Numbered from the stretch's first letter, positions 22,398-32,615 are shown. The stretch is DNA of 43,740 bases from Clostridia bacterium (GCA_045601705.1 JAZSAE010000017.1:1-43740); one strand, 5' to 3'. Notes: a model not told the origin generated them from the letters alone. Numbers and translations: made by a program.

Positions 22398-22987
22398 AAC
22401 ACCTCGGTGCGATTACGCAGTGCCATACCAATCGTCATTTCATCTGCATATTCCAAAGCAACACCCATCGCAATTCCAGTTGCTAAACGTGAAACCTTAA
22501 TACCACTTGGCTTAATCAAAGAAGCCAAATAATTCGCTGTAGCTTCACCTTCTACATCTGCTGATAAAGCAATAATAACTTCTTTAATTTTACCACCTTG
22601 CAATCGTGTCATTAAAGATTTGAGATTAAGTTGGTCTGGTCCTTTTTTATTTAATGGAGATAAGACTCCGTGTAAGACGTGATAAGTTCCTTGGAAAGCG
22701 TGACAACGTTCAATCACCGTTATATCTTTCGGATGAGCGACAACACAAATAATTTCACTTTGACGTGTCGCACAAATTTCACATTTATCTTCAACGGCAA
22801 AATTACCACAAACTTCACAGAATTTAACTTGTCGCTTAACTGCATTGATTGCGGCACTGAATTGTTCAGCATCTTCACGAGACATTTCAATGACACGGTA
22901 AGCATAGCGTTCGGCTGTTTTATAACCGACACCAGGCAACTTCGTAAAATAGTTAATCAGTGTGTCGACACACGACAAGTTCGCCAT
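22394..22987 (-). CDS. recR: Recombination protein RecR
   Basis: LPGVGYKTAER, CEVC..CEIC, YHVLHGVLSP, Toprim EGEATA and LEYAD. Confidence 0.97.
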   Translation of the reverse strand: MANLSCVDTLINYFTKLPGVGYKTAERYAYRVIEMSREDAEQFSAAINAVKRQVKFCEVCGNFAVEDKCEICATRQSEIICVVAHPKDITVIERCHAFQGTYHVLHGVLSPLNKKGPDQLNLKSLMTRLQGGKIKEVIIALSADVEGEATANYLASLIKPSGIKVSRLATGIAMGVALEYADEMTIGMALRNRTEVL

Positions 22988-23021
22988 ATTTTAATATATC
23001 ATTAAGCAATTAATCTGCAAA

Positions 23022-25307
23022 TTACATTTTTACGATTTGTGCTACCGTAACAGTACAATCATCAGCAGGATAACCGTCGGCAAGATTAGTAACTTCGGCA
23101 ATTAGTTGGTCAGCTAACTGCTGTGGATTGGTTACATCAAGATTATTAATAAAGCCAGCCAATGCAACCCTTTCACCACCGAAAACATCCAACACACCAT
23201 CACTAACCAATACTACCATATCACCTGCCGACAACATTGCCTTGGTAATCTTTGGTTCAATCTCATCCAAAATTCCCAAAGGCAAAGAACCTGCTTCCAC
23301 TACTTCAACTTCACGTGCTCGTTTGATAAATCCATCGGCAGCGCCAACCTTAACAAAGTCAACATCACCGGTCGCCAAATCAAAGACACACATATCTAAT
23401 GCCGAAAAAATATCTTGTCCCGTAAAAGTTAATAACTGATTAACAGAATACATAATGATTTCGTCAGGGAAACCTGCTTTGTAAAAATTTTCAACCAAAG
23501 ATAATGCCAAAGTACTGGCTCGTGCTGCTCGTTCACCAGCGCCCATACCATCACATAATGCCATTAAAGTCTTTTCATTCGTAACTCGTAAAAAGGAAAA
23601 ATTATCACCACTGGTTTGGTTGACCCCTTTGGTAACTCCAGCCATTCCAAACAAAATACCGTACTTCGGTGCAGAACGTACTGAAACAATTGAATAGCCT
23701 TTTGTGTCAGCATCAACAACTTCATCAATAATCATTTTGTGCCCACAAACCTGACTAACCACCTTTTCAATACGCTGATTTTTTGCATCACCACGTGGAA
23801 CTAAAACCGAAACTACATATTCATTTTGTGTGGTTTTAGTAATCAAACAATCTTCGGCAAAAATATTGCGAAACAATAACTCTTCTTTAACCATTTCGCC
23901 ACGTTCATTATCAAAAACGACACTGCGACAAACATCATTTGCAAACTTACCACATAATTGAGAAATACCAGCTAATAAATTTGCCATTAAAATTTTACCA
24001 CTATCCAGTCCGGCAATAATTTGTTCTTTGTTTCGATTTACAACTAATAATTTATTCAATGCCGACATCAAAGTATTGATACGAGTACATTTAACTGCCA
24101 AAGTATTTGGTACATCAAGTAATGTTACTATTCCTTGTTTTAAACCAACTTTGGCTAAATGAGTAATTCCATTTTCTACTTCTTGACTTGAAGTTGTAGT
24201 TTTACGGCAAACACCACGATGAGGGCAACCATCACAAACACTACCCGTAATTTCGGTACATAACAAAACTGCTGTTTCTTGTGGTGGTAAAGACGCACGA
24301 GTTAAGTTACGATATGTATTTTGCATTTCATTAAAGACGGCAGCCAATGAACGCATTCGCATTGAAATACCTGCCGTATTGCGATTGATTGTATTTTTGG
24401 AAACTAAAAAACCACCTAAACCATTTGAGCCAAAAGTAAAGTATCGTGCTGTTTGTGGTGGAATACACAAAAATAAAATCATTGCCACCACAATAGGCAA
24501 CAAACTCCAACCGTCATAATAACCATAGGCATTAAAATAAATACCGATGACCAAGTCAGCAAAAAGCATTGCAACTAAACTATATAAACGTTGCTTACTT
24601 TTGAACACAACACAAATAATTGCCAGCAATACCATAATTGCAACATAGACTAAGTTAGTTGTGGCAAATGCTTTCCCTAAACCTAAAGCCGCAGCCAACA
24701 TTACAGTAGATTTTGGATTAACATAAAAAACACCAATAAGAATAACTAAGACACTGAAAAATTTATATAACTCGAAATATGGATTTTGCCAGCCACATAA
24801 TCCTAATGCTAAAATAATAACCAAACACATCAAGCCAACAACTTGGTTAATTGTCCACGGGAAATTAAACTTTTTTTGCGTAATAGCTTTAATACATTCA
24901 TAACAAGCCAACAAGAAAATACCACCAACCAAAACGGCAATTAAAGTTTGTGCAATATAGTTATTTTGAACAAAAGCAAGGTAAACATTAACGCCTTGCG
25001 ACAACAAAAAACCCACCAATAAAATTGGAAAGTACCAAACTTTCTTACCCTTACACCACCGTAAAACAAGACCCGTCAATATAAATACAGCACAGACAAA
25101 AATTACACTCAGCAAATTTAACTGTTCTGGACAACGCCACAACTCCACTACAATCAAAGCACAGACTGGCACAAGTTTAGGAATAAATGTTACTCCTAGC
25201 GCAAACATAAAAGCCATCGCAAAAGGACGAATTACTGTACCAACCACAGCCCAATCCAAAATCACTAAAATAACGACCGATAAAGCCGTAATCAATATTT
25301 TTTTCAT
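23022..25307 (-). CDS. spoIIE: Stage II sporulation protein E (membrane PP2C phosphatase)
   Basis: About 10 TM helices, a CxxCxxxxxC central domain, and PP2C motifs SGD, CDGMGAG, LDMC, KVGA, LPLGI, VSDGV and DDCTV. Confidence 0.92.
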   Translation of the reverse strand: MKKILITALSVVILVILDWAVVGTVIRPFAMAFMFALGVTFIPKLVPVCALIVVELWRCPEQLNLLSVIFVCAVFILTGLVLRWCKGKKVWYFPILLVGFLLSQGVNVYLAFVQNNYIAQTLIAVLVGGIFLLACYECIKAITQKKFNFPWTINQVVGLMCLVIILALGLCGWQNPYFELYKFFSVLVILIGVFYVNPKSTVMLAAALGLGKAFATTNLVYVAIMVLLAIICVVFKSKQRLYSLVAMLFADLVIGIYFNAYGYYDGWSLLPIVVAMILFLCIPPQTARYFTFGSNGLGGFLVSKNTINRNTAGISMRMRSLAAVFNEMQNTYRNLTRASLPPQETAVLLCTEITGSVCDGCPHRGVCRKTTTSSQEVENGITHLAKVGLKQGIVTLLDVPNTLAVKCTRINTLMSALNKLLVVNRNKEQIIAGLDSGKILMANLLAGISQLCGKFANDVCRSVVFDNERGEMVKEELLFRNIFAEDCLITKTTQNEYVVSVLVPRGDAKNQRIEKVVSQVCGHKMIIDEVVDADTKGYSIVSVRSAPKYGILFGMAGVTKGVNQTSGDNFSFLRVTNEKTLMALCDGMGAGERAARASTLALSLVENFYKAGFPDEIIMYSVNQLLTFTGQDIFSALDMCVFDLATGDVDFVKVGAADGFIKRAREVEVVEAGSLPLGILDEIEPKITKAMLSAGDMVVLVSDGVLDVFGGERVALAGFINNLDVTNPQQLADQLIAEVTNLADGYPADDCTVTVAQIVKM

Positions 25308-25313
25308 TGCAAA

Positions 25314-25378
25314 ATTATGACAAAAAATACAAAACGGATACTGTCGCTTTGTGTCAAATTAACACTAACGTTGTCAAA
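25314..25378 (-). promoter_or_regulatory. Spo0A-activated spoIIE promoter with three 0A-like boxes
   Basis: TGTCGCT (25342), TGTCAAA (25352) and TGTCAAA (25372) versus consensus TGNCGAA, spaced 10 and 20 bp. Extended -10 TGtCATAAT lies 6 nt before the ATG. Confidence 0.7.
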
Positions 25379-25396
25379 TTCTGCACAAGATTATGA

Positions 25397-25425
25397 TTGT
25401 GGCGTCAAGAAAAATTGTATATAAT
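25397..25425 (+). promoter_or_regulatory. sigmaA promoter for secA (leaderless geometry)
   Basis: TTGTGG-17-TATAAT-6-ATG(25432), no SD. Confidence 0.7.
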
Positions 25426-25431
25426 GGTTGT

Positions 25432-28065
25432 ATGGGTTTATTTGCAAGTGATAATACACGTTCCGTACGTAAATTACAACGTATAGCTGACTTAGTAATA
25501 GCTTTAGAAGATGACTATGCAGCTTTGGATGACCACGCTTTAGTGGCGAAGACAGCTGAATTCAAACAACGCTTGGCACAGGGTGAAACTTTAGATGATA
25601 TCTTACCCGAAGCTTTTGCAACAGTACGTGAAGCAGCTTATCGTGTTTTGGGACAAAAAGCATATTATGTTCAAATTTTAGGTGGTATTGCACTCCACCA
25701 AGGCCGTATCGCCGAAATGAAAACTGGTGAAGGTAAAACATTGGTTTCAACAATGCCTGCCTACTTAAACGCTTTGTCAGGCAAAGGTGTACACATTGTT
25801 GAGGTAAACGAATATTTAGCAAAACGTAACAGTGAATGGATGGGAAAAGTCCATCGTTTCCTAGGTTTAAGTGTCGGTTTAAGTTTATCGCATACGACAC
25901 CAGATGTGAAACGCTATGCTTACAGTCAAGACATTACCTATGTTACCAGTAGCGAAGTTGGTTTTGACTATCTACGTGATAATGTTGCTCACCACAGAAA
26001 CGACCGTGTTTTACGTGGCATGAATTATGCTGTCATCGACGAAATCGATAGTATCTTGATTGATGAAAGCCGTACTCCTTTAATTATGTCAGCACCAACC
26101 AAGGACAACAGCGACTTGTACAAAATTGCCGACAAATTTGTTCGTACGTTAACCAAAGACGATTACGAAATTGACTTAAAGGAACGTGCAGTTCGTTTAA
26201 CTGAATCTGGTTTTACCAAGGCTGAACGTGCTTTCAATATTGAAAACATCAGTGATGCCAATAATATGGAATTAAACCACTTCATCAATAATGCAATGAA
26301 AGCACACCACTTGTTTACTATTGATGCTGACTATATCGTTAATGCACAAAAAGAAATTATTATCATTGACCAAAATACAGGTCGTGCAATGGTTGGCCGT
26401 CGTTACAGTGATGGTTTACATCAAGCAATTGAAGCCAAGGAAAATGTACCAATTAAAAATGAAGATAAAACAGTTGCAACGATTACAATTCAAAATCTTT
26501 TTAAACTATATCGTAAACTTTCTGGTATGACCGGTACAGCCAAAACCGAAGAAGATGAATTCAAAAAAATCTATGGTGTTGACGTTGTAGCTATTCCAAC
26601 CAACAGACCTGTTTTGCGTGAAGATGCACCTGACGTTATCTTTCAAAATATGACCAATAAATTAGCCGCTATTTACGAAGATGTACTCTACCGTTATGAA
26701 CGTAAACAACCAGTCCTAATTGGTACAACAACGATTGAACGCAGTGAAGAAATTTCAAAATACTTAAAAAGCAAGAAAGTTCCACACGTTGTCTTAAATG
26801 CCAAGAACCACGAAAAAGAAGCCGACATTGTTGCCAGTGCTGGACGTTTAGGTAGTGTTACAATTGCGACTAATATGGCTGGTCGTGGTACAGACATTCA
26901 CTTAGGTGGTAATGCTGAACATATGGCAATGAACCAACTAAAAAAAGATGGTTTAACCGACCAGGAAATTTATGATGCTACGGCATACTTTGAAACCAAA
27001 GATGAAAAAATCTTAAATAATCGTAAATTATTCAAAGACTATCTTGAACAATTCCAAAAAGAAACAGCAGCAGAACGTGAGAAAGTTGTTGCATTAGGTG
27101 GTTTACATATTATCGGTACAGAACGTCATGATAGCCGTCGTATTGATAACCAGTTACGTGGTCGTGCTGGACGTCAAGGTGATCCAGGTAGTTCAATTTT
27201 CTACATTTCTTGCGAAGATGAAATTATGAAACGTTTTGGTAAAGATGTTATCGGTGGCACAATGCGTTTCTTAAACTTGGATGATGTTCAAAGTAAAATG
27301 ATTACTAAATTATTTGAACGTGTCCAAAAACGTGTCGAAGGTTACTATTTTGATAGTCGTCGTGTTACTTTTGAATATGACAATGTTTTGAATGACCAAC
27401 GTACAGTAATTTACCGTGAACGTGATAAAATTCTTGATGGCGAAGACGTACACGAACAAATTATGAAGTTTTTCCCAGATTTAGTTTACGACATCGTTAG
27501 TCAAGCCATTGACCCGACCCAACACTACTCTGAATGGGACTTGGTAAAAGCAAACCAAATTTTATCTGATAAATTATTTGGAACACACGTCGAATACCTA
27601 GACAAAGAAAACACCGACAAAGCTAATTTCAATGATGTTTACGAAATGGTATTAGACGCAGTTAACGAACAATACGAAGCCAAGATAGCTAAACTCAACG
27701 AAGAAGGTTTCAACTTTGCAGCATTTGAACGTGATATATTGTTATCGGTAGTTGATAAAAAATGGGTTAGCCACATTGACGCAATGGTCAACTTACGTAA
27801 CGGAATCAGTTTACGTGGTTACGGTGGAAAAGACCCATTGTTTGAATATCGTCGTGAAGCAATTGGTATGTTCAATGATATGATTGAAAGTATCAATAAA
27901 GAAACAGCAATTTTCCTTTTCAAAGTACGCATTGAACGTCAAGAAGCACCACAACCAACTCGACCAGTGATGTCAAATGTTAACTTAAAGAAAGCCGGTC
28001 GCAACGATGCCTGCCCTTGTGGAAGTGGTAAAAAATATAAACAATGCTGTGGAAAAATCAATTAA
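25432..28065 (+). CDS. secA: Protein translocase subunit SecA
   Basis: MKTGEGKT, GFDYLRDN, DEIDSILIDE, ATNMAGRGTDI, QLRGRAGRQGDPG and a SEC-C motif CPCGSGKKYKQCC. Confidence 0.98.
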   Translation: MGLFASDNTRSVRKLQRIADLVIALEDDYAALDDHALVAKTAEFKQRLAQGETLDDILPEAFATVREAAYRVLGQKAYYVQILGGIALHQGRIAEMKTGEGKTLVSTMPAYLNALSGKGVHIVEVNEYLAKRNSEWMGKVHRFLGLSVGLSLSHTTPDVKRYAYSQDITYVTSSEVGFDYLRDNVAHHRNDRVLRGMNYAVIDEIDSILIDESRTPLIMSAPTKDNSDLYKIADKFVRTLTKDDYEIDLKERAVRLTESGFTKAERAFNIENISDANNMELNHFINNAMKAHHLFTIDADYIVNAQKEIIIIDQNTGRAMVGRRYSDGLHQAIEAKENVPIKNEDKTVATITIQNLFKLYRKLSGMTGTAKTEEDEFKKIYGVDVVAIPTNRPVLREDAPDVIFQNMTNKLAAIYEDVLYRYERKQPVLIGTTTIERSEEISKYLKSKKVPHVVLNAKNHEKEADIVASAGRLGSVTIATNMAGRGTDIHLGGNAEHMAMNQLKKDGLTDQEIYDATAYFETKDEKILNNRKLFKDYLEQFQKETAAEREKVVALGGLHIIGTERHDSRRIDNQLRGRAGRQGDPGSSIFYISCEDEIMKRFGKDVIGGTMRFLNLDDVQSKMITKLFERVQKRVEGYYFDSRRVTFEYDNVLNDQRTVIYRERDKILDGEDVHEQIMKFFPDLVYDIVSQAIDPTQHYSEWDLVKANQILSDKLFGTHVEYLDKENTDKANFNDVYEMVLDAVNEQYEAKIAKLNEEGFNFAAFERDILLSVVDKKWVSHIDAMVNLRNGISLRGYGGKDPLFEYRREAIGMFNDMIESINKETAIFLFKVRIERQEAPQPTRPVMSNVNLKKAGRNDACPCGSGKKYKQCCGKIN

Positions 28066-28067
28066 CG

Positions 28068-28094
28068 AAAAAGCCCAAAAACAGGGCTTTTTTT
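28068..28094. terminator. Bidirectional intrinsic terminator
   Basis: A5-GCCC-loop-GGGC-T7 between the convergent secA and ABC genes. Confidence 0.8.
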
Positions 28095-28104
28095 ATGTCT
28101 TTAA

Positions 28105-29814
28105 TTAACCTTGGTAACGACGATAGTACTCGCCTTTCAGTGCCATCAATTCAGCATGTGTACCAGACTCAACAATACGTCCACCTTTGCAAACATAAAT
28201 ACAATCAACGTTTTGTACTGTCATTACTTGTGTAGTAACAAAAACTCGAGTTCGGTTTTTCAGTTTTTTAATAATAATATCATTACAACGCTTTTCTGAA
28301 GCTGTATCAAAACAAGTTAAGGCACGGTTTAAAATTAACAAATCCGGTGCATGTAAAACTGTACGAATCAAGTTTACGGCTTGTTGTTCAGCATTTGTCA
28401 ATAAAACAGTATTTTCGGTTAACCGAGTATTATAGCCATTTGGCAAGGAACGAATAAATTGGTCAAAACCAAACATCTGTGCTGCTTGAATAACATTTTC
28501 AGGCAAGGTTAATCCAACCCCGTACATAATATTTTCAGCAATAGAAGCATCAATCAAGAACGGATGATCAAAGCACATACCAACACGTTCATAGAACTTT
28601 TTACTACGAATACGAGCCAAGTCAATATCATTAATTTTAATTTGTCCTTTTTTTGGCAATTCTAATTTTGTCATTAAGTTCACAATTTCTGAACCTGTAC
28701 CATTTTCTTCTTCCAAGAAAGCAACAGTACCACCAAAAGGAATTGTAAATGAAACATCTTTAATTTTTTCAGTCGAAACATTTTCAAAGACAATATCTCC
28801 ATCAATTTTTTTAATATTTACATCTTCATCAGCAGTAACGTCATCCGGACAATCAATAATACCGAAGAAGACTTTGGCATAACTTTCGGTGGGTTGAATA
28901 ATGTTGGAAGCTGTTGTAATAATTTTGGTGTTTGACAAAAAACGTGAACTGTACAACAAGAAGGCTGGTAAAATCGCAAAGTCAGCCATACTTAAAGAAC
29001 CGTTAATGGCTAAAAAACCAAACACGACGGTAATAGCAAGGTACATAAAATTTGAAATAAAATTGATATAAGTTTCATTCAAACCAACAACTGTATCAAC
29101 ACCAACTACTCCTTCAATGGTATTCACAGATTTGAATTCATCTTTACCAACGAGACCATTTTCCTGGAAGAAACCGTGCAAAGAAGCGTGTTGTTCGGTA
29201 AAGTTATAAATCTTACCATCATCATCTTCTTTTCTTGTGTAATATTTTTGTGTTTTATTCACAACAATCTTTGCGATAATCAAAGTTACTGGTAAAGAAA
29301 TAATAACTAAAAGACTCAACGTGATGTTTAATGAAAGCATCATCACAATATTTAAGATAAAGAAGAAAATAGTACAGCAAATTTGATAAATCATAACCAA
29401 ACATTGTTGTAGCACTTTACGCCCTACTGCAATTTGGTGAGTTGTTTCACTAATTTCAAATTTATCAATAAAAGATAATGGTACAACATCTAACTTCGCA
29501 CGAGCATCATCAATAATACCCAAAGTTATATTATATTCGTATTTAATGATAATACTACGACATACCCATTCAAAGACTTCAGCTAGAATACATAAAATTA
29601 AATACAAAACTAACGGTTCGATAACAACGGCTAAATCGTGATTCAATCCCAAACTTTCAAAGGTATCCAATGCATCAGCTGTCAAACCGGGCATAAATGA
29701 ATACAAAGCCGTACCAATAATTCCACAAATGACAATAATGATAATCGGCCAAAGTAATGGCTTGAAGTATGCCATTGCTCGCATAAACACGGATTGCTTT
29801 TTCTTCTTTTTCAT
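28105..29814 (-). CDS. ABC exporter half-transporter (TMD+NBD) with a fully degenerate NBD
   Basis: TMD followed by IVFENV, SIAENI, LPNGYNT and GRIVESGTHAELM. Walker A reads LEEENGTGSE, the signature LTNAE and Walker B LLILNR. Confidence 0.85.
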   Translation of the reverse strand: MKKKKKQSVFMRAMAYFKPLLWPIIIIVICGIIGTALYSFMPGLTADALDTFESLGLNHDLAVVIEPLVLYLILCILAEVFEWVCRSIIIKYEYNITLGIIDDARAKLDVVPLSFIDKFEISETTHQIAVGRKVLQQCLVMIYQICCTIFFFILNIVMMLSLNITLSLLVIISLPVTLIIAKIVVNKTQKYYTRKEDDDGKIYNFTEQHASLHGFFQENGLVGKDEFKSVNTIEGVVGVDTVVGLNETYINFISNFMYLAITVVFGFLAINGSLSMADFAILPAFLLYSSRFLSNTKIITTASNIIQPTESYAKVFFGIIDCPDDVTADEDVNIKKIDGDIVFENVSTEKIKDVSFTIPFGGTVAFLEEENGTGSEIVNLMTKLELPKKGQIKINDIDLARIRSKKFYERVGMCFDHPFLIDASIAENIMYGVGLTLPENVIQAAQMFGFDQFIRSLPNGYNTRLTENTVLLTNAEQQAVNLIRTVLHAPDLLILNRALTCFDTASEKRCNDIIIKKLKNRTRVFVTTQVMTVQNVDCIYVCKGGRIVESGTHAELMALKGEYYRRYQG

Positions 29815-31556
29815 TCGCTCGCCTCCGTTAGTTTATCTTGCAAGAAAAATTTTGCATATTCTTGATTGGTTGCCAATAATCCAGCGTGTGTTCCTTTTAC
29901 ATAACTGTGGTCAGCTTTGGCAAAGAAAACTTCATCAGCATTTTCACAGATAATAGGCTTGGTAGTTGTAAAGATACAAGCCTTATTTTCGGCACGTAAT
30001 TTCTTTAAAACACTTTCCACCACATCATTAGATAAATTGATAAAACTACCATCGAAAATATAGAATTCGGCAGGTTTCATAATGCAACGAACTAAATTGA
30101 TATATGCCTTAACTTCTTGTGGCAATTTTGTACGACTAGAAATTGGTGTATCCAAAAATGATGGTAAGACTGCCAAGTTTGATGCACCGATTTCATTAAA
30201 TGCTGATAAAATTTGTTCATCAGTTAATTCTGGATTAAAAATACGAATATTCTCACGCACTGTGCCCGTTATAAACTCGGGATAAGTTGGACAATAAGAA
30301 ATCAATTTAGCACGGTAGTAGTTTTTGTTAATTTCCTTTGCGTTAATACCATTTATCAAAACAACACCAGCTTTTGGTTCAATATACCGTAAAAGAATTT
30401 TAATTAAAGTTGTACGCCCTGCACCAACTTCACCACAGAATGCAACAATTTTTCCTTTCTGTAATTCCATTGATAAATTTTCCATTGTAATACGACCATT
30501 CCAATAACGATGGGAAACTTGATACATTACCAATGAACTACCAAATTCAGTATCAATTTCGGTAATACCACTATCAATATCTTCTTCTGGCAATTGCATA
30601 AATTGGTCAATACGCTGATAAGCGATGCGTCCACGTGTCATTGGATTAATAATTAATTTAAAAATGTTATTGGTTGCTGTAGTACACAAAGAAATATACT
30701 GCAAAACCGTATTAACGATAACTAACTGCTCGGCAACGTTGGCAACGGTCACTGACATTGCACTAAATGCAATAATAGCAACGGTCGCAATCCCAAAAAT
30801 AATATTATTAACACGACTGAAAATGTGTTTAGATTGGTCAAGGTCAAAAATTTCTTTGGTTAATTCTCGGTTTTGACGTGCTGCTTCGGCAGAACGTTCA
30901 GTTTGTTTTCCAAGGAAACGAATATCCCGTGCGCCAGCAATACTTTCACGTGTAGCAACAAAAGATTTATCATAGGCTTCCACAGCCGCAGGTAAACGTT
31001 TATTGATAATAGCACGATTAATGAATAAAATAATAATTTCGATAAAAACAGCACCAATAATAAACAATACATAAATTGGTGATAAGGTTAAAATCAATAC
31101 GCAACTACCTAAAATAGTAATAATAAAATAAATAATTGCTTGCAAGTATTGTTCGTAATTATATTTAACCCAAGACGTATCTTCAATCATACAAGATAAG
31201 AACTTACTTGTTCCATATTCATACAACACATTAGTTGGCACACGTGTCATTTTTTCATACAACATATCACGGGCGTTACGACGACATTTAGCTCCGTAAA
31301 CACTGAGACGGTTACGTGCATAAAGCGAAACAAAAAAGATAATTATCAACAAACCGAGTACAATACCTGCGCTAATTAAAAAATCACTTGTGTCTGGAAT
31401 AAGACCAGCATCATTATTAACTTTTTGCGTAACGAGATTTTTTAAAATCATTGGATACAAAATGTTTAAGACTTCCATGAAAGCGAAAAAGAAAACGGCC
31501 ACAAGTAAATCTTTGGCCACACCTTTTTGGAAACCATACTTTTGCATCTTACGCAT
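29811..31556 (-). CDS. ABC exporter half-transporter (TMD+NBD) with a degenerate NBD
   Basis: TMD followed by GEVGAGRTT, GTVRENI, LPQEV, YIFDGS and GTHAGLL. Promoter TTGCAA-17-TATATT-8-ATG. Confidence 0.85.
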   Translation of the reverse strand: MRKMQKYGFQKGVAKDLLVAVFFFAFMEVLNILYPMILKNLVTQKVNNDAGLIPDTSDFLISAGIVLGLLIIIFFVSLYARNRLSVYGAKCRRNARDMLYEKMTRVPTNVLYEYGTSKFLSCMIEDTSWVKYNYEQYLQAIIYFIITILGSCVLILTLSPIYVLFIIGAVFIEIIILFINRAIINKRLPAAVEAYDKSFVATRESIAGARDIRFLGKQTERSAEAARQNRELTKEIFDLDQSKHIFSRVNNIIFGIATVAIIAFSAMSVTVANVAEQLVIVNTVLQYISLCTTATNNIFKLIINPMTRGRIAYQRIDQFMQLPEEDIDSGITEIDTEFGSSLVMYQVSHRYWNGRITMENLSMELQKGKIVAFCGEVGAGRTTLIKILLRYIEPKAGVVLINGINAKEINKNYYRAKLISYCPTYPEFITGTVRENIRIFNPELTDEQILSAFNEIGASNLAVLPSFLDTPISSRTKLPQEVKAYINLVRCIMKPAEFYIFDGSFINLSNDVVESVLKKLRAENKACIFTTTKPIICENADEVFFAKADHSYVKGTHAGLLATNQEYAKFFLQDKLTEASE

Positions 31557-31577
31557 GTGTTTTTAATATACATAAGA

Positions 31578-32258
31578 ATGCGCTTCTTTGCAATTAGTTT
31601 ATGTGTTATTGCCCTTGGTTTAGGCATTTGGTTAGACACAATACAACAAACTACACCAGTAATTGCTCCCGAACAATTTCATATTGTCCTTGACGCAGGA
31701 CACGGTGGTTTAGATAACGGAGCAAGTATTGATTGCGTCAGCGAAGCCGTCATCAATCTGCAAATTGTCAAAGTTTTAGAACAAGAACTACGCAACCGTG
31801 GCTGTGCCGTTTCGTTAACACGTGTTGACAGCGAGAGTTTAAATTCACCGTACGCCAGAAACAAAAAAGTGGACGATATGGCAAAGCGTCGAGCCAAAAT
31901 TAAAGACCTCCAACCAGATTTAGTTATTTCAATTCACCAAAATACTTATCCTTTAACCTCGGTAAATGGCTTACAATGTTTCTATGCGAACGAAACACCA
32001 GGCAGTCAAGATTATGCAACAGCGATACAAACACAGTTCAATCAAAGCAATCTTCCCTTTAAGAAAAAACCTAAACCGACAGATTTTAATCTCGTGGAAC
32101 ACTCCCCATGCCCAGCCGTATTGATTGAATGTGGTTTTCTAACTAATCCACGAGAACGTAAATTATTGCAATCACCAAATTACCAGCAAATATTGGCTTA
32201 TCATATTACAACAGCTGTTCTTTGTGAATACGAACGACAACAAACTGCACAAGTTTAA
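31578..32258 (+). CDS. cwlD: N-acetylmuramoyl-L-alanine amidase (Amidase_3), CwlD-like
   Basis: N-terminal TM, LDAGHGG, EAVINL, KVDDMAKRR, ISIHQN and LIECGFLTN. Confidence 0.75.
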   Translation: MRFFAISLCVIALGLGIWLDTIQQTTPVIAPEQFHIVLDAGHGGLDNGASIDCVSEAVINLQIVKVLEQELRNRGCAVSLTRVDSESLNSPYARNKKVDDMAKRRAKIKDLQPDLVISIHQNTYPLTSVNGLQCFYANETPGSQDYATAIQTQFNQSNLPFKKKPKPTDFNLVEHSPCPAVLIECGFLTNPRERKLLQSPNYQQILAYHITTAVLCEYERQQTAQV

Positions 32259-32276
32259 CTATTACTGCGTATGCTA
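32247..32276 (+). promoter_or_regulatory. Possible sigmaK-type promoter
   Basis: GCACA-16-CGTATGCTA versus consensus AC-16-CATA---TA, upstream of SD AGGAGG. Confidence 0.4.
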
Positions 32277-32295
32277 GAAATAGGAGGTACAGAAG

Positions 32296-32565
32296 ATGTG
32301 TAAACAATGTCCAACTGTTGGCGAATTCATTTGTGGTATTTTACGCTGTGGCCGTTGTTGTAACACTTGCGAAAAAGAATGGAAACCTTGTGAAAACAAG
32401 AGTGACTGCAAATGCGAAAACAAGTGCGAAAACAAATGCGAAAACAAATGCGAACGTGTAGAAAAAATCTATGAATGTGTTTGCCAAGAAAAAAAACAAC
32501 CTACTCCTTGTCATAAAACTGACAAAGATTGTGGTTGCTCGGATTGTGGTTGTAAATTTTTCTAA
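32296..32565 (+). CDS. Cysteine-rich small protein (20 Cys in 89 aa), candidate spore coat/exosporium protein or metallothionein
   Basis: Strong SD AGGAGG. CENK repeats and CxC/CC motifs. Confidence 0.75.
   Translation: MCKQCPTVGEFICGILRCGRCCNTCEKEWKPCENKSDCKCENKCENKCENKCERVEKIYECVCQEKKQPTPCHKTDKDCGCSDCGCKFF
32413..32454 (+). repeat. 12-bp tandem repeat (TGCGAAAACAAR, 3.5 copies) encoding CENK
   Basis: Read directly. A further degenerate copy lies at 32389. Confidence 0.9.
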
Positions 32566-32570
32566 TCTGT

Positions 32571-32600
32571 GAATAGATTTGTCTTGTGCGATAAATACTA
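32571..32600 (+). promoter_or_regulatory. Possible forespore sigmaG/sigmaF-type promoter
   Basis: GAATA-18-AATACTA versus sigmaG consensus GHATR-17/18-CATAMTA, followed by AGGAGG. Confidence 0.45.
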
Positions 32601-32615
32601 TTGCAGGAGGCAAAA

